From Desulfotalea psychrophila LSv54 (GTDB taxonomy: Bacteria; Desulfobacterota; Desulfobulbia; Desulfobulbales; Desulfocapsaceae): 32,000 nt of DNA. The notes under the pieces are model-generated. The model was not told where the DNA came from. It did not search any database and worked only from the letters and a program-made list of their open reading frames with translations. Shown here one piece after another: positions 9,812 through 19,829 of the stretch. The position numbers were made by a program, and so were the translations under genes. The DNA is taken from NCBI RefSeq assembly GCF_000025945.1, contig NC_006138.1:1710001-1742000 (forward strand), in the 5' to 3' direction. The first letter of the stretch is position 1. Each line of letters starts with the position of its first letter.

Positions 9812-9997
9812 TTAAACAGGCTCATTCTCCAGGGCAGTCGCAATCCTCTGGAATGTGGTATTTAGGACGCCACCTATAATAGTAACGGCTGCAATGATAC
9901 CAATGGCAATCAGTGATGCAATCAGGGCGTACTCAATGGCGGTAACTCCGCTCTCGTCCTTTACAAACGTTTGAATCATATTAAGAGTTTCTTTCAT
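9812..9997 (-). CDS. flp: Flp family type IVb prepilin (copy 1), 61 aa
   Basis: MKETLNMIQTFVKDESGVTAIEYALIASLIAIGIIAAVTIIGGVLNTTFQRIATALENEPV; G/xxxxEY processing motif plus hydrophobic helix. Confidence 0.95.
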   Translation of the reverse strand: MKETLNMIQTFVKDESGVTAIEYALIASLIAIGIIAAVTIIGGVLNTTFQRIATALENEPV

Positions 9998-10115
9998 GGT
10001 CTCGTCCTCCTAATCTGTTTTTTAACATGTCGATTTTTGTGGCTGACATCATGAATCCACTCTAAAATTTGATGGGCCTGGATCTCTTTTTTGAGCAAGG
10101 ATTGACGTACTGAGC

Positions 10116-11456
10116 TTAATCGGTCAGTAGATCTCCTCTGGTAGCTGAAAAATAGAGCCTTACAGCCTTGTCTAAATTTTCCCTGCTCATCCGGGGTGCT
10201 TCCCTTTCAAACAGGGCAATATTTATAAGCTGTTGTAAAATGTCTCGAGGGTGGCAGCCACGCATGGAACGAATTCCACGAAAGTGTTGAGCCAACAGAT
10301 ATTCTGCCATCTCCTCAGAGTAGTTAATATTGTATTGGCCTGCTGAAGCGCGTAGTATTTCGAGAAATTCAGGCTCTGTCGGATCCTGCATACCTATCTT
10401 GTATGGAAGACGTCTGAGGAATGCCTCATCTAAAATACTGACAGGATCAAGATTTGTACAAAAGATGAGCAGGGCATTAAATGGCACCTGAAATTTATTG
10501 CCGCTTGGCAGAGTGAGGTAATCAATCCGCTTCTCCAGGGGTAAAATCCAGCGATTCAACAGTTGGGCCGGTTCAATCCGCTGCCGGCCAAAATCATCTA
10601 TGACAAATATGCCGCTATTACCCTTCATTTGCAGAGAGGCTTCACAGATCTTGGTTTGGGCGTTGTATCCGATCTCCAATGAATCCATATCCATCTCGCC
10701 GCCAACAACCACCGCAGGGCGTTTAATCTTCAACCATCTCCTGTCAAATTTTATGGACTCTCCGCCATGACCGTTACCTTCCGCCATAGTATGACATTGT
10801 GGGTCATAGAGTTTTACCAACTGTCCTTCAATTAATAGGGTTCTTGGAATAAATATTGTGTTTTGAAAACAGTTGGCAATTCGGGTAGCAACTTCCGTTT
10901 TTCCGTTACCCGGCTTGCCAAAGAGAAAGAGACCCCGGCCGGAATTGATTGCGGGGCCAAGCAGTGAGTAGAACTCTTCAGAGAGAATTACGCCCTCCAT
11001 TGCCCCCTGCAAATCTTCCATCCCCGGTTGTTCGTTGCCTATGGATTGCAATACGATACTTTCAAGATAATGATCATAGACGACTGGCGCCGCCCCGATA
11101 TAGGCAGAAAACTCCATGGCTAGAAGGCCCTTCTGGCGACCTTTTTCTGAGAGGGCATAGACAAAATCATTCACTCCGGCGGTGGAGTAATAGGTTAAGA
11201 TCAGTCGCTGTTTCATGTCATAGAGCAACTCATCGAACGCCTTTAGAGGAAGGCACAGTTTCTGAGATATTTCCTTGCCGGAAAGCAGGCCGTGGTGAAG
11301 GAGAAGCTTGCAGGTTAAATCCTCAATAAAAACTGAATTTAAACCGGCCTCATCCAGATTGGCCGGAGCTTCAGGAAAAAATTGCAACTCCTCTGCGTCC
11401 CCCTCTTGGGAAGGATTCTTATGGGTATTAAGTAGTTCATTGAGAGTTCGAGCCAT
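10116..11456 (-). CDS. AAA+ ATPase associated with the Tad locus, predicted N-terminal winged-helix-like region
   Basis: ORF 10116..11483; the second Met (MARTLNELL, 11456) is the likely start. Walker A LFLFGKPGNGKTEVATR, Walker B-like GIFVIDDFGRQR, sensor FCTNLDP. Confidence 0.85.
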   Translation of the reverse strand: MARTLNELLNTHKNPSQEGDAEELQFFPEAPANLDEAGLNSVFIEDLTCKLLLHHGLLSGKEISQKLCLPLKAFDELLYDMKQRLILTYYSTAGVNDFVYALSEKGRQKGLLAMEFSAYIGAAPVVYDHYLESIVLQSIGNEQPGMEDLQGAMEGVILSEEFYSLLGPAINSGRGLFLFGKPGNGKTEVATRIANCFQNTIFIPRTLLIEGQLVKLYDPQCHTMAEGNGHGGESIKFDRRWLKIKRPAVVVGGEMDMDSLEIGYNAQTKICEASLQMKGNSGIFVIDDFGRQRIEPAQLLNRWILPLEKRIDYLTLPSGNKFQVPFNALLIFCTNLDPVSILDEAFLRRLPYKIGMQDPTEPEFLEILRASAGQYNINYSEEMAEYLLAQHFRGIRSMRGCHPRDILQQLINIALFEREAPRMSRENLDKAVRLYFSATRGDLLTD

Positions 11457-11852
11457 GCAAATACTCCCCGTTGAGAAACACACTCTACTGTGTGAAAATT
11501 TTATGATGATTTGACAGGGTTAAAGAGCCTGAAGACCAAACTAACTAAAATCATCGTATCATTTTTAAAAAGCGATGTAAAATCTGCTAGGAAGAATGTT
11601 CGTTTTTCTTTTCATCTCTCTAAGTTGGCAAAACTTGGTGAGTAAATGGCCGAGTGTCTCTTGCGGAAAATTCAAATAGTTGCAGTGGCTTAGGAGGGGT
11701 GTAGGGGGTTTGCCTAGCATCGTTTTTAGAATTTTGGGAGGTGCAGGCCACTTTTTGCACTTATTCGAATAATTTTGGGGAAAGTGGAGGTGATTAAGAG
11801 GCGGGACATCCTCCTCTAAGAGAAGAAGGGGCTAAAATTATGGCTTTGGTCT

Positions 11853-12956
11853 TTAGGATCGTTTATTGAACATCCATCTGGCAAGTGGCAGGGTGCAGGA
11901 GCTTATAAGGATCATTGGCCAGATCTGTGGCCAGACGGTGGCGCTATCTGCCCCGGCCAGGAAAATTTGTCGTAAGCCGTTGACGGCGTATCGCAGTGGG
12001 GTGAGGTAGGTGATAGTCTGGAGCCAGTCTGGCATATTGGCAATGGGGGTGGTAAAGCCGCTGAGGAGAACCGTTGGCATAATAAATATAAAGGCACCAA
12101 GCAGGGCCTGTTGCATGGTACTGCATATTGCCGAGATAAAGAGTCCAATCCCTACAATGGCCAGGACAAAGACCAGCAGGATTAGGCAAAGGGCGGTAAA
12201 TGTTCCCCGAAAGGGAATATCAAACCACATTATTGCCCCCAGGGAGAGGATCAGGGCATCAAAAAGTCCTAAAACAAGGCAGGGGATAGCCTTGCCGATA
12301 AGGATTTCCGTGCTGGAGAAGGGTGCGACCAATAGTTGATCAAAGGTCCCGAATTCCCGTTCCCGGGCAACGGAGAGGGCGGAGAGGATCATGACCACGA
12401 TCATGCTGATGACAGCGCCGAGGGCAGAAACAATAAACCACCTGCTCTGTAGATTTTCATTAAACCACGCCACCCCTATAATATAGGGGGCCTGACGAAT
12501 ATTACTGTCCCCCCGTTGTCTGGCATTAAAGACCCCTATGATGGACTGCACATAGCCAAGGCTGACCGCTGCCACGTTAGAGTTACGCCCGTCCGTGATG
12601 GCCGAGATGCTGCCAGCGGTTGTCTTGTCAAATTCGCTAGGGATATGGATGATGAGTCGTACCTCTTGTCGATTGAGCATCTCCCTTGCCTCAGTGTTTG
12701 AGCTAAGGCTTGTGACAAGGTGAAAATTTTCAGAGCCTGCAAAGAGGGCAAGCAACTGTCGTGACTTTGGGCTATGAGACTCATCGAGCACTGCATAGGG
12801 AATTTGGTTTAGATCAAATGTTGCCGCGTAGCCAAAGATAAAAAATTGGATGAGGGGGGGCAGAATAACAATAATTCTGCTTTTGGGATCTCTTAGAATT
12901 ATTGTAAATTCTTTGCCGATCAGGGTGAAAATGTGTGAAAAAAATGTCTCTATCAT
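11853..12956 (-). CDS. ABC-2 type transporter permease (YbhR/YbhS-like)
   Basis: 367 aa; LSALSVAREREFGTFDQLLVAPFSSTEILIGKAIP, MPTVLLSGFTTPIANMPDWLQTITYLTPLRY. Confidence 0.92.
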   Translation of the reverse strand: MIETFFSHIFTLIGKEFTIILRDPKSRIIVILPPLIQFFIFGYAATFDLNQIPYAVLDESHSPKSRQLLALFAGSENFHLVTSLSSNTEAREMLNRQEVRLIIHIPSEFDKTTAGSISAITDGRNSNVAAVSLGYVQSIIGVFNARQRGDSNIRQAPYIIGVAWFNENLQSRWFIVSALGAVISMIVVMILSALSVAREREFGTFDQLLVAPFSSTEILIGKAIPCLVLGLFDALILSLGAIMWFDIPFRGTFTALCLILLVFVLAIVGIGLFISAICSTMQQALLGAFIFIMPTVLLSGFTTPIANMPDWLQTITYLTPLRYAVNGLRQIFLAGADSATVWPQIWPMILISSCTLPLARWMFNKRS

Positions 12957-14047
12957 TTGAGTCTCCTGGGGATTTTACGTAAGGTAGCAAAGAGAAGCAG
13001 GGAGGCCATGCCGCTAAGGATTGCTGCTGCCGGGAGAATGACAGGCCAGACATTACCTGCCAGAAAAATGGTCTGGGCTATTGTTACAAAATATTTAGCA
13101 GGGACAAGGTAACTCACCCATTGGATAGGAATAGGGGTGCTGCCAAGGTCAAAGAGCAATCCGGAGAGAAAGAGTGCCGGCAGAAAACCTGCCAGAATCG
13201 AGGCCATGGCGGCGATAAATTGCACCCGTGTTATGGCGGAGATAAAAAGGCCTAATCCCAGAGAGGCACAGAGGAAAATAGAGCTGAAGAGGAGGAGTAG
13301 GGTCACTGAACCTCGGAGAGGCACCCCGAAAACCGATAGGCCAAGCAGGGTGGAGAGCAGCATTCCGGCAATACCGATTGCAAAATAGGGGAGTAATTTG
13401 CCAAGGAGGATCTCATGGGTGCGAAGAGGGGTGGCCAGAATATTTTCCATTGTCCCTCTCTCCCACTCCCGAGCGATTACCAGGGCCGTAAGCAGGGTGC
13501 CTATAATGGTCATGATTAGGGCCAGCAGGCCGGGGACCAAAAAATGGCTGCTGTTAATGTTTTCGTTAAACCATACCCGTGGCTGAACGTGCAGGAAGGG
13601 GGGCTGTTCGCCCCGCCTTGCCGCCTCTATGCTTAGCCAATTAGCGACAAGCCCCTGCACATATCCCTCGATAAGCCGGGCCCGGTTGGCATCAATGCCG
13701 TTGGCAATAAGCTGAATGGCATGATCCTTGTCAAAATTGCTCGGTACCCTGATGATGCCGTCAATATTATTGGCAGATTTTATAGCCTCCTGCATCGAGG
13801 TAAAGTATATGGGGCTGAAGTAGCTGGAGAGGTCAAAGCGGGCGGCAAGGTCTCTTGTCTGGCTACTCTCCTTTTCTATGACTACAGCAATGGGCACATT
13901 TTTTGGGTCAAGAGAAATTCCATAGCCAAAGAGCAAGAGGAGGACAACGGGCATAAGGATGCCAAGGAGGATGCTGCTGGGATCTCTCTTTATCTGTAAA
14001 AATTCCTTGCGCAGAAAGCCGCGCAGGCGCATAAGGGAAAGATTCAT
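12953..14047 (-). CDS. ABC-2 type transporter permease (YbhS/YbhR-like)
   Basis: ORF runs to 14086, but internal ATG at 14047 (MNLSLMRLRGF) sits just after the upstream gene stop. Contains ALVIAREWERGTMENILATPLRTHEILLGKLLPYF. Confidence 0.92.
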   Translation of the reverse strand: MNLSLMRLRGFLRKEFLQIKRDPSSILLGILMPVVLLLLFGYGISLDPKNVPIAVVIEKESSQTRDLAARFDLSSYFSPIYFTSMQEAIKSANNIDGIIRVPSNFDKDHAIQLIANGIDANRARLIEGYVQGLVANWLSIEAARRGEQPPFLHVQPRVWFNENINSSHFLVPGLLALIMTIIGTLLTALVIAREWERGTMENILATPLRTHEILLGKLLPYFAIGIAGMLLSTLLGLSVFGVPLRGSVTLLLLFSSIFLCASLGLGLFISAITRVQFIAAMASILAGFLPALFLSGLLFDLGSTPIPIQWVSYLVPAKYFVTIAQTIFLAGNVWPVILPAAAILSGMASLLLFATLRKIPRRLK

Positions 14048-14048
14048 C

Positions 14049-15743
14049 CTATTGATCTCCCTCCTCAACCAGTTGAATAAAGGCATCCTCTATGCTGGGA
14101 TTGGGGTTTTCGGCCGAAAGGGCATGCTTGCGTATCTCTTTCGGGGTGCCCATTGCCAGTATTTTCCCCTTGGCCATAATCAGGATTTTATCACAAAATT
14201 CAGCCTCTTCCATATAGTGGGTGGTGACGATAACCGTCATCCCCTTCTGGGCAAAGGAGCTGATTCGGAGCCAGAACTCCCTGCGGGCCAGGGGGTCTGT
14301 ACCCGAGGTTGGTTCATCGAGGAAGAGGATATCGGGATTATGCAGGCTGGCGCTGGCCATAGCCAGACGTTGGCGATGTCCTGCCGGTAGTAGGCCTGCG
14401 GCATCGTCTCGGTGTTGGTCAAGATTAAACTCTATAAGTGCCCGCTCTATTTTAGCTGTGAGCTTCTTGCCACCCAGGTTATAGGCACGACCGAAGAAAC
14501 GGAGGTTTTGTATGACACTGAGCTGGGTATAGAGGGAGAATTTTTGGGCCATATATCCCAGTCTTGCCCTGGTTTTGCCTGGGCTTTTTAAGAGATCGTG
14601 GCCAGCAATGGTGATTGAACCGGAGCTTGCCCGTAAGAGCCCACAGAGCATTCTGAAAATTGTGGTCTTTCCCGCCCCGTTACCGCCAAGCAGGCCAAAT
14701 ATTTCCCCCCGTTTTACCTCGAAGGTGGTGTCCTCTACCGCGGTAAATTCGCCGAATTTTTTTTGCAGGCCCTCCACCCTAACCACCACCTCCTCTCTTT
14801 TTCCACCACTGTCCTCTCCCATCTGAATGAGCTGTGGCGGGGAGACATTTTCTGCCCATATATCCATAAAGGCATCGGCAAAGAGAGGCGGGCATGCCTT
14901 TGCCTGTGGGTAGGCCGGACAAAATGTGTCTGGTCTTCCGGTGATGACCCGTAAGCTACCGCAATCTATGCCAACATGGCTGATCTCTTTATCCCGGCTC
15001 AACTCTATCATGCTGTCACGGGCTAGTTTTCCCGCAGTTGCGGGAAGTAAAAAGACCCTGCCTTTGACCCGTTCTGTGATCTTGTCGGGGCTGTCATTAA
15101 ATAGAATTTTTCCCTGATTAAGAATTATGGCCTGGTCGCAACGCATTACCTCGTCAAGATATGTGCTGGCAAGAAAAACCGTCGTGCCCTCTTCCCGGAC
15201 AGTGGCAAGAATTATCTGCCATAGATCCCGCCGGGAAACGGGGTCTACCCCCACCGTCGGTTCGTCGAGGATAAGTACTTTGGGGGAGGCTAGTAGACAG
15301 CAGGCAACGCCTAATTTTTGTTTCATGCCACCGGAGAGTTTTCCGGTAAAGCGCTGAACAAAGGGGGCAAGGGCCGTGCTGGTCAGTATTTTTTCCTGAA
15401 TAGCCTTTCGCCTGTGGGAGGGCACTCCATGCAGATCGGAGTAGAGGTCCAGATTTTCCTGGACGGTAAGATCCTCGTAGAGTCCGCATTGTTGGGGCAT
15501 ATATCCTATCTGGCAGCGCAGGGCATCGAGATCGGTACAGATGTTGTGGCCCAGCATCCTGGCCTGACCGGAATCGGGCAGGATCAGGCTTGCCATGGTG
15601 CGTAGTAGGGTTGTCTTGCCCGCCCCGTCAGGTCCGATAAAGCCAATGATCTGACCTGGCTCTGCCGAAAAAGAGATCCCGTCAAGTGCTGTTTTAGAGC
15701 CGAAGCGTACAACAAGATCACTGATCTCAAGAATAGGGGCCAT
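14049..15743 (-). CDS. ABC transporter ATP-binding protein with two fused nucleotide-binding domains (YbhF-like)
   Basis: 564 aa; two Walker A motifs (GPDGAGKTTLL, GGNGAGKTTIF), LSGGMKQKLGVACCLL and a variant signature LLPAGHRQRLAMASA, two Walker B motifs LDEPT. Confidence 0.95.
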   Translation of the reverse strand: MAPILEISDLVVRFGSKTALDGISFSAEPGQIIGFIGPDGAGKTTLLRTMASLILPDSGQARMLGHNICTDLDALRCQIGYMPQQCGLYEDLTVQENLDLYSDLHGVPSHRRKAIQEKILTSTALAPFVQRFTGKLSGGMKQKLGVACCLLASPKVLILDEPTVGVDPVSRRDLWQIILATVREEGTTVFLASTYLDEVMRCDQAIILNQGKILFNDSPDKITERVKGRVFLLPATAGKLARDSMIELSRDKEISHVGIDCGSLRVITGRPDTFCPAYPQAKACPPLFADAFMDIWAENVSPPQLIQMGEDSGGKREEVVVRVEGLQKKFGEFTAVEDTTFEVKRGEIFGLLGGNGAGKTTIFRMLCGLLRASSGSITIAGHDLLKSPGKTRARLGYMAQKFSLYTQLSVIQNLRFFGRAYNLGGKKLTAKIERALIEFNLDQHRDDAAGLLPAGHRQRLAMASASLHNPDILFLDEPTSGTDPLARREFWLRISSFAQKGMTVIVTTHYMEEAEFCDKILIMAKGKILAMGTPKEIRKHALSAENPNPSIEDAFIQLVEEGDQ

Positions 15744-15746
15744 TGT

Positions 15747-16781
15747 CTATTGCCTGTCTATTTTTACGGTGACAGGCATGCCGAGGCGTAGCTGGTCGCG
15801 GCTGTCGTCCAGGCGAATTCTGACCTCATAGACAAGCTGGGTACGTAGATCTGTGGTTTGCACATTTTTTGGGGTGAACTCTGCCTGTGGAGAGATAAAA
15901 CCGACCTTGCCGGGGAAGGGTCTGTCCGGAAAGCTGTCGCTAAAAACAGATGCTGCCATCCCTAAATTGACAAAACCAAGTTCCGGCTCAGGCAGATAGG
16001 CACGCACCCACTTTTCATCGGTGAGTGATAGTATCAGGGCCGGCACATTCATGGCGGCCATCTCGCCCGGTTCGGCAATACGGCTCTGGATAATCCCTGC
16101 CCGGGGCGCTCGTAGTTGGCTGTCCCTGAGTTGCTGGTTGATAAAGTCTACCTGGGCCCTTTTGCCCTTATATATGTTTCGGGCCTGGAGAATTTTCTCT
16201 GTTCTCGGGCCCTCTTTGGCAAGGTCATAGGCCTGCCTAGCAAGTTCGGTTAGGGCCCGTGATACAGCCAACTCGGCTATGGCATCATCGAGTTGTTGTT
16301 TGGAACCACCACCCTCTTTAACGATGCCCCTGAGACGTTTTGTCAGGAGTTTGACCCGGTGGATTTGTGCCTTGCCAGCCACGACCTTGGCCCGGGCCAT
16401 GGCAATTTCCTGCGGTCGAAGTCCGCTTTCAAGTTCCTTGACTGCCTGGGCCTGAGCGGCACTCTCTGCCTCTGCCCCCCGTAGTTGCAGGAGAAGCCGG
16501 GTCTCATCAAGCTGTCCTAATAGCTGTCCCTTCTTGACCCGATCTCCCTCGTCGACAGAGATCTCCCGGATGCGTCCCTGTTCCCTGAAGGCCAGCCTTG
16601 CCGTCCGTATCTCTATATGGCCATATACGGTTACGCCTTCCTCTCCTGCCTGCTCCTGCCAAAAGGCCAATCTTGAGAGTAGTCCCTCTCCTCTGGTCGC
16701 TGTGCTGTTTGTACTGTAGAGCCAGATTGCTCCAACCGTGGCGAGAGCAAGGATGGCAATAAGTGCTTTTTTTCTTCCCAT
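15747..16781 (-). CDS. HlyD-family periplasmic adaptor/membrane fusion protein (YbhG-like)
   Basis: ORF 15747..16832, likely start M18 (16781). GHIEIRTARLAFREQGRIREISVDEGDRVKKGQLLGQLDE, coiled-coil region, APRAGIIQSRIAEPGEMAAMNVPALILSLTDEKWVRAYLPE. Confidence 0.92.
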   Translation of the reverse strand: MGRKKALIAILALATVGAIWLYSTNSTATRGEGLLSRLAFWQEQAGEEGVTVYGHIEIRTARLAFREQGRIREISVDEGDRVKKGQLLGQLDETRLLLQLRGAEAESAAQAQAVKELESGLRPQEIAMARAKVVAGKAQIHRVKLLTKRLRGIVKEGGGSKQQLDDAIAELAVSRALTELARQAYDLAKEGPRTEKILQARNIYKGKRAQVDFINQQLRDSQLRAPRAGIIQSRIAEPGEMAAMNVPALILSLTDEKWVRAYLPEPELGFVNLGMAASVFSDSFPDRPFPGKVGFISPQAEFTPKNVQTTDLRTQLVYEVRIRLDDSRDQLRLGMPVTVKIDRQ

Positions 16782-17255
16782 GGGTTTCACTGAAAATAGC
16801 TCTAGGGTGGTTTGGAAAATTAAGCGTTTCATAAAATAGTACTTTTCTTTTATGCAATCGCAAAAGCACCTGTTTTGTCAATGTTTTTCTCCATGGGCCT
16901 TTGGCAAGAGTGCTCATTTTAGGTATGGACACGGAGAGGTGCGGGCCCGGATCAGAGTTCTCTCACCGTGGAAGAGGTCTCTTGGTGGGTGTCTGTTTTA
17001 TTGCAGGCAGGAGGGGCTCCCGCTAGTCAGGGAGGCAGATGCTCCTGTTTGTTGTAGTTTGCCGCTTATCGATTGTTTGTAACAGGGGAACAGTGTACCT
17101 TAAAGGAAGAAAAATGTTGGCAATGGGGGCTGCTGGGGCCGATTTGCTCTTGTCTCCTCATGAGAAGATGTCTTCCTTTGCCCTAAACCCTTTGATAACG
17201 ATTATGACGAGATTATCAATCAGTACTCTATCCTTTATTCTAGCAATCACTCCCT

Positions 17256-18044
17256 ATGAACATAGAAAAATCACATTTCCGGACAATTGGTGTGCTCTCA
17301 GCTATGCCGGCAGAGCTTGAGCACTTAGAGGCTAATATTATAGATAAACAGGAGGTGGCTCCGGGCATCGCTAAAGGTCGTATCGGTTCTCATACCGTCT
17401 ACGCTACTCTTTCCGGAATAGGGAAGGTCAACGCAGCCGCCACGGTTCAAAGGCTTATCTCTGAGTTTAAAATAGATATTATCATGTTTTCAGGTGTGGC
17501 TGGCGCAATAAATCCTGAGTACAGGGTGGGGGATGTCGTTTTACTATCCAGGGCCTTTCAGCATGACTTCGGTCATCTGGGCAGGGCATTCAAAATGCAT
17601 GCAGTTGGTGTTCTTCCAGAAATAGGTATAGGAAGTGGAGAGGAGTCTCCCTATTTAGATCTCAATCTCTTTTGGCAAGAGGATGTTTTGGTCAATCTTA
17701 AGAAAAGATCAGTTGAATTCTCAAAGTCATTTAGCCCGGTTCAGGTGAATGGTCAGGACTATTTGCCTGCCCTTAAGATTGACGGAACTGTGGCCACCGG
17801 TGATCAGTTTATTGCCAGTGATGCCAAAAAGAAAGTCTTGCAAAGCCAGGGGGCGGATATTGCAGAGATGGAAGGTGCAGCTGTCGCTCAGGTAGCGGCC
17901 CAGAATAAAATTCCCTGCATGATCTTTCGTTCTGTCTCCGACACAGCAGGGGGGGAGGCCAACCTTGATTTTCAGAATTTTTTTGCCACTGTAGCTAAAA
18001 ACAATGCTGAACTGGCCGCCTATCTCATAGGCGAACTTCCATAA
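17256..18044 (+). CDS. mtnN: 5'-methylthioadenosine/S-adenosylhomocysteine nucleosidase-like protein
   Basis: 262 aa; IGVLSAMPAELEHL, SGIGKVNAAATVQRLI, FSGVAGAINPEYRVGDVVL, DIAEMEGAAVAQVAAQNKIPCMIFRSVSDTAG. Confidence 0.9.
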   Translation: MNIEKSHFRTIGVLSAMPAELEHLEANIIDKQEVAPGIAKGRIGSHTVYATLSGIGKVNAAATVQRLISEFKIDIIMFSGVAGAINPEYRVGDVVLLSRAFQHDFGHLGRAFKMHAVGVLPEIGIGSGEESPYLDLNLFWQEDVLVNLKKRSVEFSKSFSPVQVNGQDYLPALKIDGTVATGDQFIASDAKKKVLQSQGADIAEMEGAAVAQVAAQNKIPCMIFRSVSDTAGGEANLDFQNFFATVAKNNAELAAYLIGELP

Positions 18045-18130
18045 GTGCCGCCCCGTCTGGCTAGTCGGAAAAGAGATGCAGTGGTGATGGCTCGGTGCTC
18101 ATAAATTTGCTGAGCATCAGCTGCAGGCAA

Positions 18131-19273
18131 TCAAGGAGAATCATCAAAGGAGTTCAGGGATAATAAGGCACCATGCCGGTCGAGTAGCCAGCCAACAGTC
18201 TGCCAGATAAACCAGGTGCCAACGATGGCGGTATAACCATCGATGGCATAGTGCCAGCCCAGATGTACTGAACCGATTAAAATCAGTGCCAGGTGGAGCG
18301 TAAAGACGATGCCCAGTACACGGCTGGTTCTCCAACCGAGCAGAGCAAAAAGAAATGCCATGGAAACGTGCATGCTTGGCATCGCGCTGATACCGCCGCC
18401 AAAACCTCCTCCCCCATCTTTGAACGTTTTCCATAACAGCTCTTGGACATTGAGTGACCAGATAGGGTAAAAATCGTTCGCTGTCCAGAGGTAACACATA
18501 AGCGGTTGGAATGGATCAATGAGTTTAGTTACGCGGCCGTAGTAGCAGGGCCCGACCGAAGAGAAGAAGGTGGCAACAAGGTTGCCAAGCAGTGACCAGC
18601 AGCCGATAAAGGTCAAGAAGAACTGCATGCGGCCGCGGAGATCGCGCAGGCTGAAAGCCTGCCATAGCAAGACCGCATACATCACGAAGAACCAAAGATT
18701 ATAGAAAAAATTGATCGTGCTTGTGGCGGCCGGACTGCCGAAAAAAATTTGCAGGATCTGCCAGGGCTGAACACCACCGTGGAGCACGGCCTCCCATTTG
18801 CGGAACACGGCATCCCATGAATAGGGGTTTATGACCGGGATCATTGCCTTGAAGGAAGAGAAAACCGATATGAAAACTGGCAGGAAGAGCAGGATCGGCA
18901 GGGCAATCAATATCCGCTCGGCCTTGAGGTAATTCTTTCGCAGGTCTGTCAGGATATATCTGGTTAAATGTTCCGGTCGAATAAAAATCATCACATAGAG
19001 AGCATGTCCACAGAAGAAGGCCGTGAGGAAACATCCGAATAGTAAGCCGAGGCGACCGTTGAATAGCCTTGATATAGACATCACTTGGGCCTTGTCGTAG
19101 GCCCAGGTGACGATGAAGCCGGCAGTTGTGTAGCAGATGATCAGGGCAATGAAGAGGGCATGTGCCCGCAGGGTGAATAAAAGCTTAGTAGCGAGACTGG
19201 ATCGACCCTCCCAGACGGTGCTCAGCTGGAATGTAGTCCAAAAATTCGATTTATTTGAGAGTGCCTTTTTCAT
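18131..19273 (-). CDS. PAP2 superfamily integral membrane protein (inositol-phosphorylceramide-synthase-like arrangement)
   Basis: 380 aa, multi-TM; GGGISAMPSMHVSMAFLFALLGW and HLGWHYAIDGYTAIVGTW match the C2/C3 PAP2 motifs. Confidence 0.8.
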   Translation of the reverse strand: MKKALSNKSNFWTTFQLSTVWEGRSSLATKLLFTLRAHALFIALIICYTTAGFIVTWAYDKAQVMSISRLFNGRLGLLFGCFLTAFFCGHALYVMIFIRPEHLTRYILTDLRKNYLKAERILIALPILLFLPVFISVFSSFKAMIPVINPYSWDAVFRKWEAVLHGGVQPWQILQIFFGSPAATSTINFFYNLWFFVMYAVLLWQAFSLRDLRGRMQFFLTFIGCWSLLGNLVATFFSSVGPCYYGRVTKLIDPFQPLMCYLWTANDFYPIWSLNVQELLWKTFKDGGGGFGGGISAMPSMHVSMAFLFALLGWRTSRVLGIVFTLHLALILIGSVHLGWHYAIDGYTAIVGTWFIWQTVGWLLDRHGALLSLNSFDDSP

Positions 19274-19829
19274 ATTATGCTTCTCTGGGGAAGATGGAAT
19301 ACAATTTCACTTAATTATATTAAATAATTGTTGGGTCCCCTACGATTTATTTCTTAAATAAATTTTCTTTGAGTTGATGGAACTCTTTCAGCTTATCCAT
19401 GGGCCTTCAATGCTTTTGCTGGAGGACTGATTATAAATATGGTTCATATCGTTTCCTATTCTCAAGGTCTCCTGCTGACTAGAATGTAGCTCTCCTAAGG
19501 ATAGCAGCGACACGTTTTTTGAAACGTTCAACTATTTCGTTTGCTTGAGAGGCTTTGATTTTATAAGTCTATGCTCAATACTGTGGGCTGTCCAGTTTTT
19601 GTTAGAGGCGTGTTTAGCCGTAGGTCCTGTTGGCCCGTATCGCCTACCCTCCTCCTTCCCGCACTGCTTTCCTCTCATAGACAGTGGTTAATCTGTGAGC
19701 GGCTAATGAAATTTAAATTTACTTTTAGATGGATTAGTGTTAGGAATTATTCATTTTTTTGTATAAAGAATCTTGAGAATATTTTTTAAACACAAGGACT
19801 TTCACAGTCTTAACAGGAAAGAGGAGCCT

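Larger units (their letters stand above)
9441..10066 (-). repeat. Tandem duplication of an flp unit, including noncoding flanks on both sides
   Basis: Identical 22-mer TCAGTACCCTGCAGACTCACTA at 9441-9462 and 9786-9807 (3' flank), highly similar CDSs, and shared leader elements (CATCATG...CTAAA at 9688-9708 and 10048-10066). Confidence 0.85.

Noticed and set aside
11647-11664. Possible sigma-54-like promoter (TGGCCGAGTGTCTCTTGC)
   Set aside because: GG to GC spacing is 13 nt rather than the required 10, and it is on the plus strand while flanking genes run minus.
17039-17320. 93-aa plus-strand ORF overlapping the start of mtnN
   Set aside because: Low-complexity, no family, overlaps the better-supported mtnN reading frame.
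18096-18116. Inverted repeat TGCTCA-N9-TGAGCA between convergent mtnN and PAP2 genes
   Set aside because: Only 6-bp stem with a 9-nt loop and no T tract on either side; too weak to call as a terminator.
18144-19034. Two 111-117-aa minus-strand ORFs inside the PAP2 gene
   Set aside because: Out-of-frame shadows of a gene with clear PAP2 motifs.
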